Assembly: GCA_964036045.1 (NCBI GenBank)
Contig: OZ038379.1
Coordinates: 44,640,001 to 44,704,000 of the forward strand
Direction of reading: 5' to 3'
Length of the DNA: 64,000 bases
Source of the DNA: Eutreptiella sp. 'Long Island Sound 2002'
Lineage: Eukaryota; Protista; Euglenida
Part shown: positions 60,407-64,000 of the stretch, piece after piece
Numbering within the stretch: position 1 is the first letter of the stretch
Layout: every line of letters starts with the position of its first letter
The notes under the pieces: model-generated
Seen by the model: the letters and a program-made list of their open reading frames with translations, nothing else
What the model was told of the DNA's origin: nothing
Databases searched by the model: none
Made by a program: the position numbers and the translations under genes

Positions 60407-63400
60407 CTAGTCGCTGTGTTGCGCTGGCTGGTAATGGATGAGGTGGTTGTAATACATATGCTGGGCGTGAAAGGTCTGTTGTTCTTCCTGTGTGTACAGC
60501 TGGATACCGTGCTGCAGCTGTGCATCTGCCCTCTTGACGGCGGTGAGTTGCATGTGATGTACTGTGCTTTTGGGTTCAGTGGCGTGGTCGGCGATGACCC
60601 TGCACAGTTGGAGCGGTACTGCTCCCCTGAGCACCGCCTCCTTGATTACCGGTTGCCGCATTAGGCGCCGGACTTCATTTGTCGGCGGCGCGGTTGGGCC
60701 CCATCCGGCGTGTTGTTCAATGGTGTCCTCTGGTTTCCACGTCGCCAGGTGGTTGTCGCCCTGAGTCAGCGGGCACTGTTTGAAGTGTTCCCACGTCTCT
60801 GGCTGTTGGAGGTGGCAAGGGCATATGGTGTATTCTGGGGGTATGTCTATACCTCCTCGGTCATACCATCGTGCCACCCTGTCCATGAGGGGCAGTTATT
60901 CAGGTATGATTTGGGCACGCCGTGTTTGTAGGTGTACCGGCAGCAGGGACGGGTGAAGAGCTGAGAAGTATAACGTTGTCTGCAGCTCATGTTGGAGGCA
61001 ATTCATAAGGGCGTTGTCGGCGTGGCTGCATCCGAAGTGTGCCATGGTGCGGATGGGTTGTGGGTAGTGGTACGCCTGTCCCGTGTCGTTGAGACACCGG
61101 TCGTCTGGTACCCAGGCTGGTGGTTTCCCGGGGTGCGGGATTTACGGCAGGTGGTGGAGGTGTGTGTGCATGTGGTCTTGCAGCGGCGGGTCTTCGCCTT
61201 CCGGCACGTGTTCCGCAAGCTGGTTGTGGGCGTGTTCGTTTATGTGTCCGTTGCCCAGGCTGTACCGATGGGGCTCTTGTTTGACGAGGTGTAAGACGAC
61301 ATGCTTCAAGAGGTGCTGTAAAGCCACCCAGAGGTGTAGGGCTTGGGTGCCCAAGCTGGCGTGGGTTGCCTTGTGTAGGGGCTGTCGGGCCAGTTTCTGG
61401 ACGATCTGGAAGTCCACTGCTGCGTCTACTACGACCGTCAGATGGTGCGTGTGGTCCTGCGGCTGTTGGTGGGTGCTGTCGATGGCGTCCACGATGATCG
61501 CCAGCGTGAGAGGAGGCACTGAGGATGGTGGCCCCTGTGAGGTGTTGTTGGCGTAGTCGGCCCGCCATGTCCGTCCGTAGCTCCAAGGCTGCTGCCGGCC
61601 GCTGGGGTGAGGTTTGTGGTGTCAAAGGCATCCACAAAGATGACGGTGTTGCGGTCGTCCGGGCATGGCAGGCGTGGACTGGCGCCCCCTGCTCCACGGT
61701 TGCCCATGGCGTGGTGGTGGCCGCTGGAGCTTTCGGGTAGCGTAGACGCCTATTCCCTGGTGGCTGATCTCGGTCGCTGCTGGGTCGATGCGCACATAGT
61801 CGTTGTTACTTCGTGGCCTTGCGTGAGATAGCCGTACAAATATTGGAGCAGGTACACCTTCTCTGGGTGGAATGTGGTCCATTCCATTGTCTGCCAGTCC
61901 TGGACTTGGGAGCCGTGGTGTTTAATTGGGTAGGCGGGGGCCTCCGGCGTGGTACTGCGCTGTTTGGCCAGCACAAGGAAGGTGCTGGTTGGGTGTTTGG
62001 TGTCCCACGCCCCCCTGCTGGAATCTCCATTGAGCTGTGGTCTTGGGTTGCCACGTGACTGTAGCAGTGTCCTCCGCCGAAGCCTGTTCGAAGTGTGTAT
62101 GTAGCCACCGGTGTTATTGCGGGGTAGCGTGGGCCGTTGCTGTGTGGTGATCAGGTGCCAGCTGTTGGAGGAGGGGCCATGGGGTGGCCAGCGCTTGGGG
62201 CCCTCATCTCCAGCAAGTGGTGGGGGTGCCCGTCAGCGTGTCCTGTGGCAGTGGCGGCGGACAGAAGTTGCGTTCCGTGGGGGGCGGTAGCATCCACATG
62301 TTGCTGTGCGCCCTGCCAGGTCGCAATGTGGTTTTGAGTCCGTTGGGTGCCAGGAGGAGTACCGCTGGTACCATGGTGCCCAGTACATAGTCCACCTATT
62401 CTGGCGGCCGATGGTGGGCTTGGTTCCCGGGTGGCGGGGCTCGCGGTACTGGCTGTTTGTGCATGCTCCAAAACAGACCGTACACCTCACGTACTTCCCC
62501 ATCGGTCGGCTGTGGGTGTCCAATTTGTGTGGCCGCGTTTCGCATGTGATTTTCCGGGATTGATTTGTTGGGCCACTGCGGGTGCTGCAGGAGGCGAACA
62601 TGGTGTGTACCTACTGGTTGGCGGGCCCACATCTGCTTCGGTGTGACTCGTACTAGGTGTAGGGTGGTGCCCAGCAGGTCCAGAGCGGTGGTGCTCCCCG
62701 TCCGTCCTCCACCCACATCGTTGTGTAGGATTGCCACAGGACCGGTCTCCCTGCACGGATGTTTTGTTTGGATGACATGTTGGTGGTGGGGTAGCAGGAG
62801 CTGTAGGTGGTTCCATATGCGGTTCCCTACCTTGGTGGGGAGGCCTCGTAGATGAAGTATGTACTGGGGACAAGTGTTGCGATGGTATGGAGCCTCTCGC
62901 AGTGTCAGCGTGAATACCTCCCTCACCTCTGGTTCATGGTTGTGCATGAGGTGGTGCAGGTGGGTCGCACTGTGAGCCGTGTACGGGTTGCGGAGTAGGT
63001 GATCGGTGTTGTCCCGATAGTATGGTGGTGACGCAGCGTGCACCGCCAAGGGTAGTGACGTGGATCGCTGGTCGTGAATGACCCACACCCGCCGTACCGT
63101 GGCACCGGCCTCCTGCGGCATTTGTTGGGGATGCGTCGGGTGCAGGCCTTGGAACCCTATGGCTGCGTTGAGTACGGCTTGGAGGAAGTATGCCAGGGCC
63201 TGGCTGGAGAGCGCCACTGTGCGTGCTATGACAAGCTTTCGCGTCAACTGCCGTAGCAGGTTAGGTGGTAGGGTTATCCCGTTTGTGGTGGCCGCTTGTT
63301 GGACTCCCAGGTAGGTGGCCGTGCTGACTGGGTTCATGGGCGGGTCTCCGGGGCGGAGGGGTGGTGGTGGTGCGTTGTGCACCATGGTGGCAGATTTGAC

Positions 63401-64000
63401 GTTGTGCACCAGTAGCTGGTTGCCCCTCAGATAGTTGGTGACATCATGAAGTACTTTGGTGGCCCTGGCGGTGTCCGGGGTGGTTGGCAGGGGCTGGCGG
63501 GTGGTGGCGGTTACCACCTGAGTGGTCAGTGGTCAGTGGTCAGTAGGGGGTATGGTGCCACGTCCTTGTAGGTGCGTCGGATGTAAAAGGCCAGCAGGAG
63601 GGTGACGAGCAGCAAGAGGAATGGGCTCTCCGCACCGCCTTGTGGGACCCCACTGGTGGGGTGGACCCATGGAGTGGTGCCCACATCAATTTTCACTGCA
63701 TACATGCGGGTGGCAAGGTATGCTTGTAGGAATCCCTGAAAGGGGAGTCCCATGCGTTTCCAGACTGCTCATGGGAGACGCTGCTGGGTGTTGGGGAAGG
63801 CTCCCCTGAGATTCAGGGACGTGATGATGAGGCTGATTGGGTCCACCTCTACCACGGCGTCTTGCATAAATATGGCCTCCAGCAGCGACCAACCTGGTAT
63901 GGCTCCCCACATATTGGGCGGTACAGCGCACTATACAGCTGGGGCCACGCGTTTGAGGATGAGCATCAAGATGAGTTTGGCTTCCGTGGTGCCGCACACT
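60407..64000 (-). mobile_element. LINE-C pol (RT, RNase H-like domain, C-terminal zinc knuckle), disrupted, 5' part outside the window
   Basis: GVPQGGAESPFLL (~63650), NVKSATM and ATYLGV (RT thumb), VIFVDA..TVVVDAAVD..LVKQEPH..GNGHINEH (RNase H-like, 61640-61230), and CPCHLQQPETWEHFKQC (~60820-60770). Confidence 0.85.

Noticed and set aside
61720-61800. SET-domain-like HQGIGVYATRK
   Set aside because: No downstream NHSC or ELxFDY motifs, and it lies within the LINE-C pol between RT and RNase H.

Overview
A eukaryotic, almost entirely transposon-derived window with nested insertions. No host housekeeping gene, rRNA, tRNA or CRISPR array was recognised, and the lineage cannot be assigned from the sequence alone. 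Contents in order: a retroviral-type aspartic protease fragment (720-965); a ~7 kb degenerate APE-RT-RNase H LINE (+); a small TRIM-like LTR element (11100-12413); a second LINE (+) split by a non-autonomous hAT element with an 8-bp TSD; a TG..CA LTR element with a 5-bp TSD that has no recognisable gag/pol but a ~870-codon ORF antisense to its PPT, possibly with a Dam-like methyltransferase fold; and a pogo-type DDE transposon interrupted by a second LTR element (4-bp TSD, empty-site paralogue present) and by a Penelope-like element. The Penelope-like element has an N-terminal GIY-YIG domain, pseudo-LTRs and an extra upstream CCHC ORF. Further right are a 6.5 kb non-coding composite retroposon bounded by a 14-bp TSD, several GC-rich tandem arrays (~185, ~210, ~300 and 4 x ~950 bp), and a third LINE (-) whose pol is followed by a RING finger plus Ulp1/C48-like protease frame, with a second Ulp1-like domain further downstream. 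All domain calls are by-eye motif matches, not database results. Many frameshifts lie near homopolymer runs and could be assembly errors rather than true decay.
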